A stretch of 46,112 bases of DNA from Leptolyngbya sp. SIO4C1 (GCA_010671975.1 JAAHIA010000007.1:1-46112), one strand, 5' to 3'. Positions 15,928-26,064 are shown, counted from the first letter of the stretch. Notes: a model not told the origin generated them from the sequence alone. Made by a program: numbers and translations.

Positions 15928-16254
15928 TTAACAAGGTGAACAGCTATAGTCTAGTTGGTCACGCATAAGCTGAAGCTCCTTTAGCGCTGCTAATCCTGCA
16001 GCTGTGATCCTGTAGTACTTACGCATTCTTCCACGACGCGCTTTAGAAGGAAACTCGTTTTTTTGATAGGACTCGATGAATCCTGTGTCCTCCAACTGCT
16101 TGAGCAAAGGATACAGATTACCGGCTGTGAGGAAGCATTGAAAACTGCTGGCTTCAGCAATTTTCCGGGAAATTTCTGCGCCGTAGCATGGCTCATGCTT
16201 GACGCTTAGGAGAATCCATTCCGAAGATTTATTAATCTTCCAAAGAGGGTTCAT
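15928..16254 (-). CDS. PadR-family transcriptional regulator.
   Basis: CYGAEISRKI...GNLYPLLKQLEDTGFIESY...RKYYRITAAGLAAL matches the PadR winged-helix signature. The start is taken at MNPLWK, although the ORF track begins at 16293. Confidence 0.7.
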   Translation of the reverse strand: MNPLWKINKSSEWILLSVKHEPCYGAEISRKIAEASSFQCFLTAGNLYPLLKQLEDTGFIESYQKNEFPSKARRGRMRKYYRITAAGLAALKELQLMRDQLDYSCSPC

Positions 16255-16683
16255 TATATGATCACCAATAAACAGCAGAGAAAGCCTGGGCAAACAAGGC
16301 AGAGTCTGAGACCATATTCTGGCTTTAGATATCTGTCTCTTGCTATAAGATTTCTTATAAACGAATTTTGAAATTAGGCTATAAGTCTGTCTTCCACTAA
16401 TATAATTGGCACTCAGCTATTTAGCTGAAGTTTTGAGAGTTACAATCAACTTTCCAGTTCTGCTATTAAAAGATAAGTTGGCTAAGCATGCCGTAACTTC
16501 TACATTAGAGACAAAATTCAGCTATGGAAGCTACATTGGAAAGGTGTCCCGCTATTCTAATATGACACTTTTAGGGGTGAAATCTATCCTCATCCAAGGC
16601 ATTTTTATCAGTTTGCTTATATCTCACTTCTGATTGTTGCTTATTTTTAGGCTTGCTAGATTCGCTGTAACAAACAGAGGTGA

Positions 16684-17439
16684 ATGAATATGTCTGCCTT
16701 GAGCCAAAACATTTTTATGAAATTAGGAATCGTAAGCTCCCTAATTTTAAGTAGCAGCAATGCAGTAGCCGCAAATCAAATCCAAGTGTGGACACCTAAT
16801 TTTGGTTACGAAGCTGGAAGTTGGCGCGTCAGCCAGCACATTCGTACCTTAGCCGATGTGAACGGTGACGGGAAAGACGATATCGTTGGTTTCGGCAATT
16901 CTGGGACGTTTGTCTCCTTATCAACGGGGTCTGGGTTTACTTCTCCTCAGAAGTGGGTCAATGACTTTGGTCGTAATGAGGACGCTGGTTCTTGGAATTT
17001 AGACCAGCACATTCGTACCTTAGCCGATGTGAACGGTGACGGGAAAGACGATATCGTTGGTTTCGGCAATTCTGGGACGTTTGTCTCCTTATCAACGGGG
17101 TCTAGGTTTACTTCTCCTCAGAAGTGGGTCAATAACTTTGGTCGTAATGAGGACGCTGGTTCTTGGAATTTAGACCAGCACATTCGTACCTTAGCTGATG
17201 TGAACGGTGATGGGAAAGACGACATCGTTGGTTTCGGTAATGCCGGGACGTTTATCTCCCTATCGACAGGCACTGAGTTTGTTTCACCTCAGATGTGGAT
17301 CAATAACTTTGGTCGCAATGAGGACGCTGGTTCTTGGAATTTAGACCGGCACATTCGTACCTTAGCCGATGTGAACGGTGATGGGAAAGACGACATCGTT
17401 GGTTTCGGCAATGCCGGAGTTTTTGTTACCACCAGATAA
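16684..17439 (+). CDS. Secreted FG-GAP/VCBS-like repeat protein.
   Basis: A signal-peptide-like N-terminus is followed by four 57-aa repeats containing ADVNGDGKDDIVGFGN. Confidence 0.7.
   Translation: MNMSALSQNIFMKLGIVSSLILSSSNAVAANQIQVWTPNFGYEAGSWRVSQHIRTLADVNGDGKDDIVGFGNSGTFVSLSTGSGFTSPQKWVNDFGRNEDAGSWNLDQHIRTLADVNGDGKDDIVGFGNSGTFVSLSTGSRFTSPQKWVNNFGRNEDAGSWNLDQHIRTLADVNGDGKDDIVGFGNAGTFISLSTGTEFVSPQMWINNFGRNEDAGSWNLDRHIRTLADVNGDGKDDIVGFGNAGVFVTTR
16834..17439 (+). repeat. Tandem 171-bp coding repeats (about 3.5 units).
   Basis: Units start at 16834, 17005, 17176 and 17347 and are nearly identical at the nucleotide level. Confidence 0.85.
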
Positions 17440-17675
17440 TAGAACTGGATTTAGGAGGCTGGGACTCAATAGAGGGGGTTTTTGCATAACCCCCCGAAAA
17501 GGTATAGTCCAAACTGAGACAGATGAGTCTCAACCCTGGGCGTAAGCTCTCTCAAATTTAGCAGCCCGTGTTACAACCACTGCGCCCTAAGGCGCAGCAG
17601 CCATAACAAAAAGCCCCAGCGACTGCCAGAGCTTATTCGACCAGTATCTTTAGAGCTGAGCCCAGCTATTCACAA

Positions 17676-18110
17676 TTAAGGCTTAAAGCCCGAAATCGCT
17701 CCCAGATATTGCAAATTCTCCAGGCGCTTTCCCGCTGCCAACGGATTTTCCAAGCCCATCGCTTCAGCAAGCTGGCCTACAGACGTAACGCAATAGATTG
17801 CGCCCTCTTGGAGTGCAACAAGGATCTCGTAAAGTCGTTGCTCGCCGGGCGAAAGGTTCAGCGCGTATTCAGTATCGACAGTGATATACGAGCAGCCCTC
17901 TAGAACGCCCTCTTCAGTGTGGTTGAACACTAGCCTAGGTTGCCCTGCCTCTTTGAGTTCTTCCTGACTGAACTCTAAATCAGCGTAGCCAGAATCATGC
18001 TCTAGATACAGTTCGAGGTTTTCTAGATTGTTCTCAACTGAATACATGGCTTGATGCAGGAGTACTAACATACTCCTACACTTTACCAGCAATTTCACCA
18101 AAAGCGCCAA
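17676..18110 (-). CDS. Module A gene 3: hypothetical protein with a C-terminal winged-helix-like end.
   Basis: Paralogous to 25203..25604 (shared C-terminus ...LENLQYLGAISGFKP versus ...LEHLQSIGAISGFK). An alternative start is possible at 18047. Confidence 0.45.
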   Translation of the reverse strand: MALLVKLLVKCRSMLVLLHQAMYSVENNLENLELYLEHDSGYADLEFSQEELKEAGQPRLVFNHTEEGVLEGCSYITVDTEYALNLSPGEQRLYEILVALQEGAIYCVTSVGQLAEAMGLENPLAAGKRLENLQYLGAISGFKP

Positions 18111-18433
18111 GCTGACTGCTCTGAGTGTTCAGAGTCGCTATCATCTTCTTCCCGATCGAAGGTATCTTCTAGGTCTTCCTTTTCGTCAATTACCCTATCT
18201 GAGTGAAATCGATACTGGCTAGAATCTCGCTGGTCAACCTTCTCAGCAGCATTGTACATCCGCATAAGTTTTTCATCATCACCTCTTTCTACACCAGCAG
18301 CACGTAAAGATTTTTCAGTTTCTTTCACTCCTTTCGTAGGGATATCGGCTACCCAGTGATCGCCTTCGTCATTGCTGATTTCAACTAGACTCCGATCTTC
18401 CTCTTCGTCGTCTTTCTTGCCAAACGGCCACAT
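18095..18433 (-). CDS. Module A gene 2: highly acidic hypothetical protein.
   Basis: Paralogous to 25591..26064 (shared SL(V/I)EIS...IPT..VKE(T/I)EK.L..AG). Confidence 0.45.
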   Translation of the reverse strand: MWPFGKKDDEEEDRSLVEISNDEGDHWVADIPTKGVKETEKSLRAAGVERGDDEKLMRMYNAAEKVDQRDSSQYRFHSDRVIDEKEDLEDTFDREEDDSDSEHSEQSAWRFW

Positions 18434-18451
18434 TTTAGAAACTCCTTTAGA

Positions 18452-19024
18452 TTAAGTATCGCTGCCTATACGCCGCTGCCTTAAGGCATTTGTAGTTTGC
18501 AATTCAGCTTGTAACTCGGCCTGGTAGAGCATGACCGCTCGCTGTTGACCTCGCGCTACAGCCGCTTTCAAGTCTGCTTGCGATAGATTTTCCTCAGCGG
18601 CATTGACCTGATCGATTAGGCTTTCAAGGCTCTGGAGCTGCTGGGCAACGGCTAACTCAATATCCGTAGTTTGACTCTGACGTAGAGCCAGGACGCTGCC
18701 GACCTCTTCGGGCATCAACTCACCCTCAATGACGCCAGCACTAGACCACTCTTGTGAATAACGGGCTCTTGCATCGGTCACCCATGCGTCGCGATCGCAA
18801 GTCTCGACTTGAGCGAACTCGTCGAACAGAGAGCGAGCCAGGTCGGTGTAACCCTGCTTGGTTTTCAGCAGAGGCTCGGGGGCAACTTTCCTAAGCCAGC
18901 TAAACCAGCGATTTCGGATGGTGCTATCGCTAACGTTGTACGCCTGAGCGATAGCCTGTGCGGTATGGTGTCCGCCTGTGTGCGCCGATACGTTCGGTAG
19001 CACGTTCGGTTGTGTGCTATGCAT
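18452..19024 (-). CDS. Module A gene 1: HTH plus coiled-coil protein.
   Basis: 190 aa and paralogous to 26109..26690. The C-terminal 110 aa or so are nearly identical (EWS/AGAGVIEGELMPEEVG...QAELQAELQTTNALRQRR). The N-terminus has an HTH-like segment (TAQAIAQAYNVSDSTIRNRWFSWL). Confidence 0.5.
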   Translation of the reverse strand: MHSTQPNVLPNVSAHTGGHHTAQAIAQAYNVSDSTIRNRWFSWLRKVAPEPLLKTKQGYTDLARSLFDEFAQVETCDRDAWVTDARARYSQEWSSAGVIEGELMPEEVGSVLALRQSQTTDIELAVAQQLQSLESLIDQVNAAEENLSQADLKAAVARGQQRAVMLYQAELQAELQTTNALRQRRIGSDT

Positions 19025-19268
19025 AGATTGAATCCTTTGACGATAAGGGTTTTGCTGGTGTCCGGGAATGTACGTTTGATGTGCGGTGGTAGTACGATCA
19101 AATGTACGCCCGTATACTCGACACTACGATAGGACAGAACAATCGACACGTCAATATAAATCCTTATAAAACATAACTTTGTTTACTCTACACGACAGGA
19201 TACATATAAGCAGACACGACCGACTCGACAAGAAGGATTACACTATTAGGCGTCCTTGAGTTTGTGTC

Positions 19269-19817
19269 ATGACTGAGCTTGATGAAATTCCGGTATCTTC
19301 GCTAGCAGATCGCTATGGCGTTCATCGCTCCCAGGTCTACACACGCATGGAAGCGCTAAAGCGCAGGAATCCAGAATTGATTCCCCATAAACGCGGTAAA
19401 AAGGCGTACATCAGCCGCTACATGCTTGAGTGTCTAGATGGGATGGCAGCCTTAGTGCAGCAGGGTCAAACAACTGAGGAAGCGGCTGATCAGGTGTTAG
19501 CTAAGCTGCCTTCCAATCGAGCTAACAGTCGAGCCGACAGTCCAGTAGACACAAGACACATTGGCTCATCAGCACTAGCAATCACGCAGGCTGATGAAAC
19601 CAAAGATGCCGAGCCAGACTTTGATGAGTTACTAAAAATGCTGCGCGGCTTGCAGGAGCTGGCCGATAACGATTGGTGGCTCAGCACCAGTCAGCTGGCT
19701 AAGGTGATGGGGCTAAACAGTTTGCCCAGCGGCGACCAGTTCGAGCGCTACGGATTTCGCTTCATCAAGGCAGGTAAAAATGGCGCTGAGGTAGCCTGGA
19801 AGGTAGAAAAGCTGTAG
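19269..19817 (+). CDS. HTH-domain protein of unknown function.
   Basis: 182 aa. The N-terminus (VSSLADRYGVHRSQVYTRMEALK...RGKKAYI) resembles the N-terminus of the ORF at 41513..42073. Confidence 0.4.
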   Translation: MTELDEIPVSSLADRYGVHRSQVYTRMEALKRRNPELIPHKRGKKAYISRYMLECLDGMAALVQQGQTTEEAADQVLAKLPSNRANSRADSPVDTRHIGSSALAITQADETKDAEPDFDELLKMLRGLQELADNDWWLSTSQLAKVMGLNSLPSGDQFERYGFRFIKAGKNGAEVAWKVEKL

Positions 19818-19860
19818 CCGACTATCATAAAGTAACTGAAGGCTTGAAGAGGTCTAACAG

Positions 19861-20454
19861 ATGACCAGCCAGCTAACTAAATCATCAATCAGCTTTGAAG
19901 AATACTTGCTGCTCCCCTACGACGGCAGAAAGACCGAATTCGTTGATGGGCAAATCATTGCAATGACCGAACCCAGCACGCTGCATATCGTCATCATCGG
20001 TTGGCTGGCCGATCAACTCAAATTCCATATCAAGGAAGAAGCCCTCGAACTCGACGTTTGCAGCGGTCCTGGTGTGCAAATCCCACGGGTAGGTAGACGC
20101 GATAATTGCCGCGATCCTGATTTGATTGTTTGCGATCGCGCCCAGTGGCGAGGGATGCGCCATCTCACCAAGTCAATTTTTTTGAAAGGGAATCCGCCAG
20201 CGCTGGTCATCGAAGTAGTCAGCCCTGGCACGGTCAAGACAGACACCGTCTATAAACGGGCTGAATATGCCGATGCCAGGGTACCTGAATACTGGATAGT
20301 CAACCCGGTAGATGGCTATGTGTCAATCTGGGTGCTTAACGGACGCATATACGAGTGCACGGGCGAATATCGAGCGGATGAGCGAATCCAGTCAGCTCTG
20401 CTACCTAAGCTTGAGCTATCAGCCGGTGCCATCCTTGACCCGTGGGAAGCCTGA
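19861..20454 (+). CDS. Uma2-family (DUF820) putative endonuclease.
   Basis: ISFEEYLLLPYDGRKTEFVDGQII...PDLIVC...PALVIEVVSPGT...EYADARVPEYWIVNP matches the Uma2 pattern common in cyanobacteria. Confidence 0.75.
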   Translation: MTSQLTKSSISFEEYLLLPYDGRKTEFVDGQIIAMTEPSTLHIVIIGWLADQLKFHIKEEALELDVCSGPGVQIPRVGRRDNCRDPDLIVCDRAQWRGMRHLTKSIFLKGNPPALVIEVVSPGTVKTDTVYKRAEYADARVPEYWIVNPVDGYVSIWVLNGRIYECTGEYRADERIQSALLPKLELSAGAILDPWEA

Positions 20455-20470
20455 GCAGCGCTCAGACGCC

Positions 20471-20914
20471 TTAACCCTTGTCGTACAAATAGAGCCCTAA
20501 GCCAAACCTCGCTGCCGCCCGCCGAAACGCCATTGACTCAGCGTTGCTGCTCGGGTCGCCATAGGCTAGCTCAAGTACTTCGCCTTGATCATTCACCCGT
20601 TTTAGCTCCTCAGTGCCAGTGGCCTCGCGGTAAAGGTTGCCATTGGCAGTCGGAATCGTCAGCCGACCTACTAGAAACAAGCGATCGGCACTCATGCCCA
20701 TTCTGCAGACTTCCCACGTCCAGCCCGGCGCATATTTATCCAAAATCCGGTTGACCGTATGCCACGGGATATAAGGAATACGGCTGCCCTTCAGCTGTTT
20801 AGTTTCCAGCATTGACTGCGGCAGCGGTCGCGACAGCGCCGACTGAATTTGATTCAGCGTCCATTCTCCAGGCGCGCTAGGCGGCGATAGCTTCTCTGTG
20901 GTTTGCATGATCAT
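20471..20914 (-). CDS. Rad52/Sak-like single-strand annealing protein (putative).
   Basis: IPYIPWHTVNRILDKYAPGWTWEV...GRLTIP...REATGTE...GDPSSNAESMAFRRAAARFGLGLYLY resembles Rad52-family recombinases. Confidence 0.5.
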   Translation of the reverse strand: MIMQTTEKLSPPSAPGEWTLNQIQSALSRPLPQSMLETKQLKGSRIPYIPWHTVNRILDKYAPGWTWEVCRMGMSADRLFLVGRLTIPTANGNLYREATGTEELKRVNDQGEVLELAYGDPSSNAESMAFRRAAARFGLGLYLYDKG

Positions 20915-20952
20915 TCGAGGGGAGATGCCCTCCCCTGCCTCCTCAAGAACGA

Positions 20953-21321
20953 CTAAAACGGGATCTTTTCTTCGTACAGGCTGCAGCGCTCGGCATAGTC
21001 TTTCGGCAGCTGCTCTAGGTCAGCCGCTGCTCGGGCCTCACAGAAGTCGCCTAGCTGGGCTGTAGTGCCATTGGCCAGTGCAGCTGCTCGCTGAGGTCGC
21101 CAGTTGACGCACTGTTCGCAGGTCGGTGCATAGTCAATAACTGGTGAAGTATCAGGTAGGGCGGCTAGTTCGCGTGCGATCGCAGCTTTACCCCAGCGCT
21201 TCACCAGCTCAGCCAGCTCTAGCACAGCAAAGCCCCACTCCTCAGCCTGCTGGTCTTGCTGCTGCTCTCGGTCGGCCTGTTCTCTGAGATAGGCCAGCTC
21301 TACGGGTTCACAGACTCGCAT
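20953..21321 (-). CDS. Hypothetical protein.
   Basis: A 122-aa ORF. No family recognised. Confidence 0.35.
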   Translation of the reverse strand: MRVCEPVELAYLREQADREQQQDQQAEEWGFAVLELAELVKRWGKAAIARELAALPDTSPVIDYAPTCEQCVNWRPQRAAALANGTTAQLGDFCEARAAADLEQLPKDYAERCSLYEEKIPF

Positions 21322-21383
21322 GGTTAAAACTCCTTGGGTGAATGAAGGGAAGCAACGCCCTGCAAGGGCAGGGCAAAACAGCG

Positions 21384-21869
21384 CTAGGCCGCTACGGGCA
21401 ACGGCTGACGCTGATATTGCTCAAGCAGCTGTAACCGCTGGTTAGTGATAGCGAGATACTCACCCAAGGAACTGAACCCAAGCTGACCGAGAACCGCATA
21501 GCCATGCTTGCAACACCCCTTACCCAAAAACTCGACCTGGTTTTTATAGTCTTCGCAGGTGCAAGCGACAGCCTGATCTGACACCTCGACCACATAGGCG
21601 CTGCCCTTGTCGCTGTTATGCACGGTGTAGCGGCTAGCATTATCAAGCCAAGCCACCACCCGCAACGCCTGGGCAGCCTCACGCCGCCACTCGACAAAGT
21701 GACGCTTGAACCCAGCCTTGGGCATGAAGGTAGGGCGATAGCCAGGCACCCACACCCAGACCACTCGATGCCACTCACGCACCTGAATCTCGTTGAGGCG
21801 ACGATAGAGCAGCCCCCACATGCGTCGTAGGGCAGCAGCAGAGTAAATCAGATTAGAACGAGTTACCAT
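21384..21869 (-). CDS. SWIM zinc-finger protein.
   Basis: CTCEDYKNQVEFLGKGCCKHGYAVL fits the CxC...CxH SWIM signature. Confidence 0.6.
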   Translation of the reverse strand: MVTRSNLIYSAAALRRMWGLLYRRLNEIQVREWHRVVWVWVPGYRPTFMPKAGFKRHFVEWRREAAQALRVVAWLDNASRYTVHNSDKGSAYVVEVSDQAVACTCEDYKNQVEFLGKGCCKHGYAVLGQLGFSSLGEYLAITNQRLQLLEQYQRQPLPVAA

Positions 21870-22060
21870 GAGAAGACCTCTTAATGGGGTAAACGATGGG
21901 CAATCGCTGTGCTTGCAAGGCTTTGAGCGATTGCCTATAACTCTATTTTACCGCAGCACCCATGGATATCAATGGAAGCCACGCGACTTCATGGAAGCTT
22001 CATCCTTTGATATCAGCGGATATCGTGTGCTAGCTTGGCTGTGTTGATGGATGAGTAGCA

Positions 22061-22255
22061 ATGCAAAAGCGCAATGATAGAGGTCGTTTCGTAACCCGAG
22101 CGGACAGCCTCGGTAAGTCAATTGGTCTAAGAGTCAGCAAGCAACTAGAAACCGCGCTGCATGATTTTGCAGGACAAGATGGCGTACCTGTGGCTGTCTG
22201 GTGCCGCCAAGTTGTTGAGGCAGCTATCTTAGAGCGGCAAGAAGAAGCTGAGTGA
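22061..22255 (+). CDS. Small ribbon-helix-helix-like protein (putative).
   Basis: 64 aa. KSIGLRVSKQLETALHDFAGQDGVPVAVWCRQVVEAAI looks RHH-like. The gene ends just before repeat R2. Confidence 0.35.
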   Translation: MQKRNDRGRFVTRADSLGKSIGLRVSKQLETALHDFAGQDGVPVAVWCRQVVEAAILERQEEAE

Positions 22256-22286
22256 GCCGCAACAACATCCTTACCTCACAGCCAGA

Positions 22287-22845
22287 AATCTGCTGCCCTG
22301 GTAGGCTTGCCCTAGTCAGACAGCGGAAGGGCGAAACCGCCCGAGCACCGCACGCCGCACGGCCACATCGAACCACGGTAGGCAGGGTCACGCTGTCAAG
22401 GCCGCAGCGTAGCGGAAAGCGAAGCGTGCCTTGATCAGTGGGGCCGCCGTGGTAGCCTTTCTCGGCAGTGGCACGAAGGGCGCAGGGCGGCCAACAAAAA
22501 ACGGGCAACCCCTTGATCGTGCGGGAAGGATGGTTTAGTGGCTCACTAAAAAGCGCCCAACCACACAATGCGGAGCGCAGCGGAGCCAATGTAAAAGGGC
22601 AACCTCAGCTGATCAAGCCACTATGCCAGCCTGGACGCACAAACTAACAAACGCCCAACCACTCAATCTTTCACCCTTTGTCTTTCAGCATCGGGTAGTT
22701 CGCGCTTCGGGGGCGAGGGTGTTTCTGTGGAGTGCGATTGCTGAGCGTATGCAAAGCCAAATAAACAGGCAAAACTAGACCGTCTGTAAGTGTGCGACAC
22801 TAGCTCGTTTGTATGGAGTGACATAACACCAGCACGGCTGGAGCC
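22287..22845 (+). repeat. Copy 2 (R2) of the roughly 560-bp non-coding direct repeat.
   Basis: Aligns with 14019..14580. Confidence 0.8.
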
Positions 22846-22912
22846 AGCACAAGCAGCTTAGAGAAACAACCGCATATCTTCCAAGAGGCTCTAAATATAT
22901 TGTTCTCTCACT

Positions 22913-23116
22913 TCAGTCTTCTTTGACCCCTTTGACAAAAATAGTCAAGACCTTGAAAAAGAGACACAATGCCAGCATTGCAGAAACAAATCCGCCATAC
23001 TCTACCAACTTAACTATAATCGGTTCCGTTAAACCAAAAGGGAACTCTGAGATTTCAGATACCTGAGCAGCTGTATTACTAAAATTGCCTTTATTCATGG
23101 GCTTAGTCTCAATCAT
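22913..23116 (-). CDS. Small membrane protein.
   Basis: 67 aa with one hydrophobic helix (GGFVSAMLALCLFFKVLTIFV). It lies in a low-GC island. Confidence 0.3.
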   Translation of the reverse strand: MIETKPMNKGNFSNTAAQVSEISEFPFGLTEPIIVKLVEYGGFVSAMLALCLFFKVLTIFVKGVKED

Positions 23117-23285
23117 ATTGACAAAATTGTGTCACAATGTATTACAATTGGAAGTAAGGGAAACCGCCATCTAAATTAGATGAAACCGCCCCGAACAGAA
23201 GGATTTCGGTTATCCGAAAACAGAGAGCGTTATGATCAAAGCATGTTTGCTGTATCACAGCATGTCATACACATAGAAGAAGGTT

Positions 23286-23651
23286 ATGTCTAACAAGGCT
23301 TCTATAACTGCCAGAATTCCTGAAGAATTACTTGCTCAGGTTGAAGCACATGCTCAATCGACCGGTAAAACTAAAACGGACATTCTGACAGATGCTCTTT
23401 TAGAATATTTAGGTGGTGAAGGCTCTAACACAGAAGCAGTCGCTAATCTACAGCAGCAGTTGTACGAAGTACAGCGACTATTTTTGCTTCGAATAGGAAC
23501 GTTGGAAGGGCGCATTAGTTTTTTAGAGCAAATTAATCAGGTTCAACCTACTTCTAATGAAATTCCTCAAATATCACCCGAAAGTAGACGTATTACAACT
23601 CCCCGTCTTCTTCCTGCAAAGCAAGCTATTGCCGATAACCAAGTAGTTTAA
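23286..23651 (+). CDS. Ribbon-helix-helix (CopG/Arc-like) protein.
   Basis: The N-terminus ITARIPEELLAQVEAHAQSTGKTKTDILTDALLEYL is RHH-like. Confidence 0.5.
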   Translation: MSNKASITARIPEELLAQVEAHAQSTGKTKTDILTDALLEYLGGEGSNTEAVANLQQQLYEVQRLFLLRIGTLEGRISFLEQINQVQPTSNEIPQISPESRRITTPRLLPAKQAIADNQVV

Positions 23652-23914
23652 AGTGTTAGGATGCTGCGATCGCAACTATCCCATTCCAACTGTCACATAG
23701 CAAATCAGCTTCAGAGTCTCATTCTGCCGTTCTAGAAGCGGTCACCAGTAGCTGCTGACTGCTCAGCTATCCCCTTGACAGACTCCACAAAGCAGCAGAT
23801 TTAGAGCCAACGCAAGCACACCACTATACGTCTGGACCCGGTGCAAGGGTATCCGGTTGCCTAAGCTTATACAGGCTATCCAAGCCATGTATGACACTGT
23901 GGCTTGGGTAATTC

Positions 23915-24523
23915 TCAGAACTTAGATAGATTACGACGAATTGCATTTTTCACGATTCCAGAAACATAGACGGAAGCTTCTGAGGATTCTGACACCCTGA
24001 TGGGAGAATGCTCATCATTTTCTGATTCCAGAATGATTTCTCCATCGCCTTGCTTATAGCGTTTGACCATCGTCTCGTCATTGACAGCAACCACCACAAT
24101 CTGACCATTTATAGACTCTGGTGAATGCGAAGCAAGTTTCTCAACAATTAGCCAATCGCCAGGATATATTCCAATCCCGATCATCGAATCACCAGACACA
24201 GGTACGATAAACGTTCTGTCAGGTTCTTCAATGAGTGTCTGAAGAAGATCTACCTCCTCGTAATTAGTATTCAGAGAATCCCCCCCGACGCTGGATGTGC
24301 TGTGCTCTCCGGCAGATACTGGATAGTCATACTTCCTAATCTTTCGGAATTCAGCTGATTGTAGAGCATTAATAAGCTCTTGTCCTCTCACACCTTTTTC
24401 CCAGAGGTGTTCTAGTGTTGAAACTAAGTCATTTCCAATGGATTTAGGAACCCCGATTCTAGAGGCTTCCTCCCCCCACTTGAGTTTTTTACCCGCGTTT
24501 TCCCGGCGGCCTCCTCTCCCCAT
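23915..24523 (-). CDS. S24 peptidase family (LexA / phage-repressor-like) protein.
   Basis: VSGDSMIGIGIYPGDWLIVEK...VVVAVNDETMVKRYK contains the Ser and Lys dyad context of S24 peptidases. Confidence 0.7.
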   Translation of the reverse strand: MGRGGRRENAGKKLKWGEEASRIGVPKSIGNDLVSTLEHLWEKGVRGQELINALQSAEFRKIRKYDYPVSAGEHSTSSVGGDSLNTNYEEVDLLQTLIEEPDRTFIVPVSGDSMIGIGIYPGDWLIVEKLASHSPESINGQIVVVAVNDETMVKRYKQGDGEIILESENDEHSPIRVSESSEASVYVSGIVKNAIRRNLSKF

Positions 24524-25202
24524 TATTTACTTTTCCCCCATACTGCAAAGGGGTAGATCGCCTGAGGCTAGATGTCTGGAGCTTTCTTGATCAGGTAAGG
24601 AAGGAAGCGACCAGCAAGAAATTCCGAAAAGAAGAATAGCCCGGATTAAGTAATTCCAGGACTTTTCAGAAACTATGACACGAAAGCCAGCACAAGGGCC
24701 TTGCACTGTGTGGTCATTGTTATTGACATGCATAATGTTCGAATTAAAGTGAGCTATGCACTCAAGCTAATACAAATGAACTAATAAGCACTAGCTCTAT
24801 TTGAAAAACATCCAGATATCAAACTTGCATCAAAAATTGCTGAAATGCTTGTCAACCAATCAGAGCAGCTAAATAAATGCTTGTGTTTGAAAAAGGATCA
24901 AATATCAAACTTCTATTTAGAGAACCACCAAAATCTTTTCCTGTCTGTGATTTCATACCAGCTATCACACTGCAGCTACCTGATTGAACGTCTTCCAGAC
25001 TTCAATCAGGTCTTCACGAATTTTGTAGCGGTATATTTTGACCAGATGCCCAGTGAGTTCGCAGCGACCTGGGGCTAAAATCGCAGGCTATCAGTGCGTA
25101 TTCGCTCGTTTGGGAACTTCGGCCCATCTATGCGTTGCGATCTCAGCCCCAAAAAATAAGCCCCCTGAGCTTCAGGGGGCTATCTAAGATTTTTAGCTCC
25201 GC

Positions 25203-25604
25203 TTATTTAAAGCCTGATATTGCCCCAATGCTTTGGAGATGTTCTAAACGATTTAGCACACTAAAAGAGCATTCCAGCTTTAGCGCTTCCATCAGTTTGC
25301 TAATGGTCGTAACCGTGTAAACCGTGCTTTTCTGAATGTCGCGTAGCAACCTGTAAAGCTCCTGCTGCCCCGCTGACATCTCTAAGGAGTAATCAATATC
25401 AACCCACAGATAGCTCACGCCTTCAATATTTCCAGCTTCATTGCTGCCGCAGAGGATGATTTTTTCTAACCGGCACTTCTCCTCCAGTTCTCTGATTTCC
25501 TCATCTCTCAACGCCTCTTCATGCACGCTGTCCCATTCGCTGTCAATGTCGAAGTTCTCTAGGCAATTGATACGTGAGATTTCCATAGCTCTACTTTCCT
25601 TCAA
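25203..25604 (-). CDS. Module B gene 3 (paralog of 17676..18110).
   Basis: See module A. Same gene order and overlaps. Confidence 0.45.
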   Translation of the reverse strand: MKESRAMEISRINCLENFDIDSEWDSVHEEALRDEEIRELEEKCRLEKIILCGSNEAGNIEGVSYLWVDIDYSLEMSAGQQELYRLLRDIQKSTVYTVTTISKLMEALKLECSFSVLNRLEHLQSIGAISGFK

Positions 25605-26064
25605 TCATTCGTCTGACTTCTTCAGCGGCGGCTCTTTGAATGGCTCCTTCGTCCTTGTAAATATCATATCTCGGGCTGTCGTGGTCATCAGCCGCATCTT
25701 CATAATTGCGCCTTGTAGAATCCCTGTTCCAGTATTGTTCTGCTCCCTGCGCACTAGCCTCATTCCAGTCGTCCTGCTCATCGGCTTCACTAGCTTCATC
25801 CAACTCAAGCTCATCGATAATCCGATCAACCATATAGCGCAGCTCTTTAGGACTACGTGTGTTGATTTCTCGCTGCTGGGCAAGCAGACCTCTTACCTTG
25901 TCAATGTTTTCCTTCTTGATGCCTGCACGCTTCAGTTTTTTCTCAATTTCCTTAACCGCGCTCGTCGGAATCTCAATGACATCGTGGGTACTGCCAGCGT
26001 CTGAGATTTCAATCAGCGATTTATCCTCATCGTCTTTACCGAGGTTGAATAACCATCCGAACAT
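25591..26064 (-). CDS. Module B gene 2: acidic protein (paralog of 18095..18433).
   Basis: See module A. Confidence 0.45.
   Translation of the reverse strand: MFGWLFNLGKDDEDKSLIEISDAGSTHDVIEIPTSAVKEIEKKLKRAGIKKENIDKVRGLLAQQREINTRSPKELRYMVDRIIDELELDEASEADEQDDWNEASAQGAEQYWNRDSTRRNYEDAADDHDSPRYDIYKDEGAIQRAAAEEVRRMIEGK

Noticed and set aside
16834-17439. Regularly spaced repeats at 16.8 to 17.4 kb and 28.9 to 29.3 kb, considered as possible CRISPR arrays.
   Set aside because: The repeats are contiguous with no unique spacers. They are in frame within ORFs that have signal peptides, so they are coding tandem repeats.
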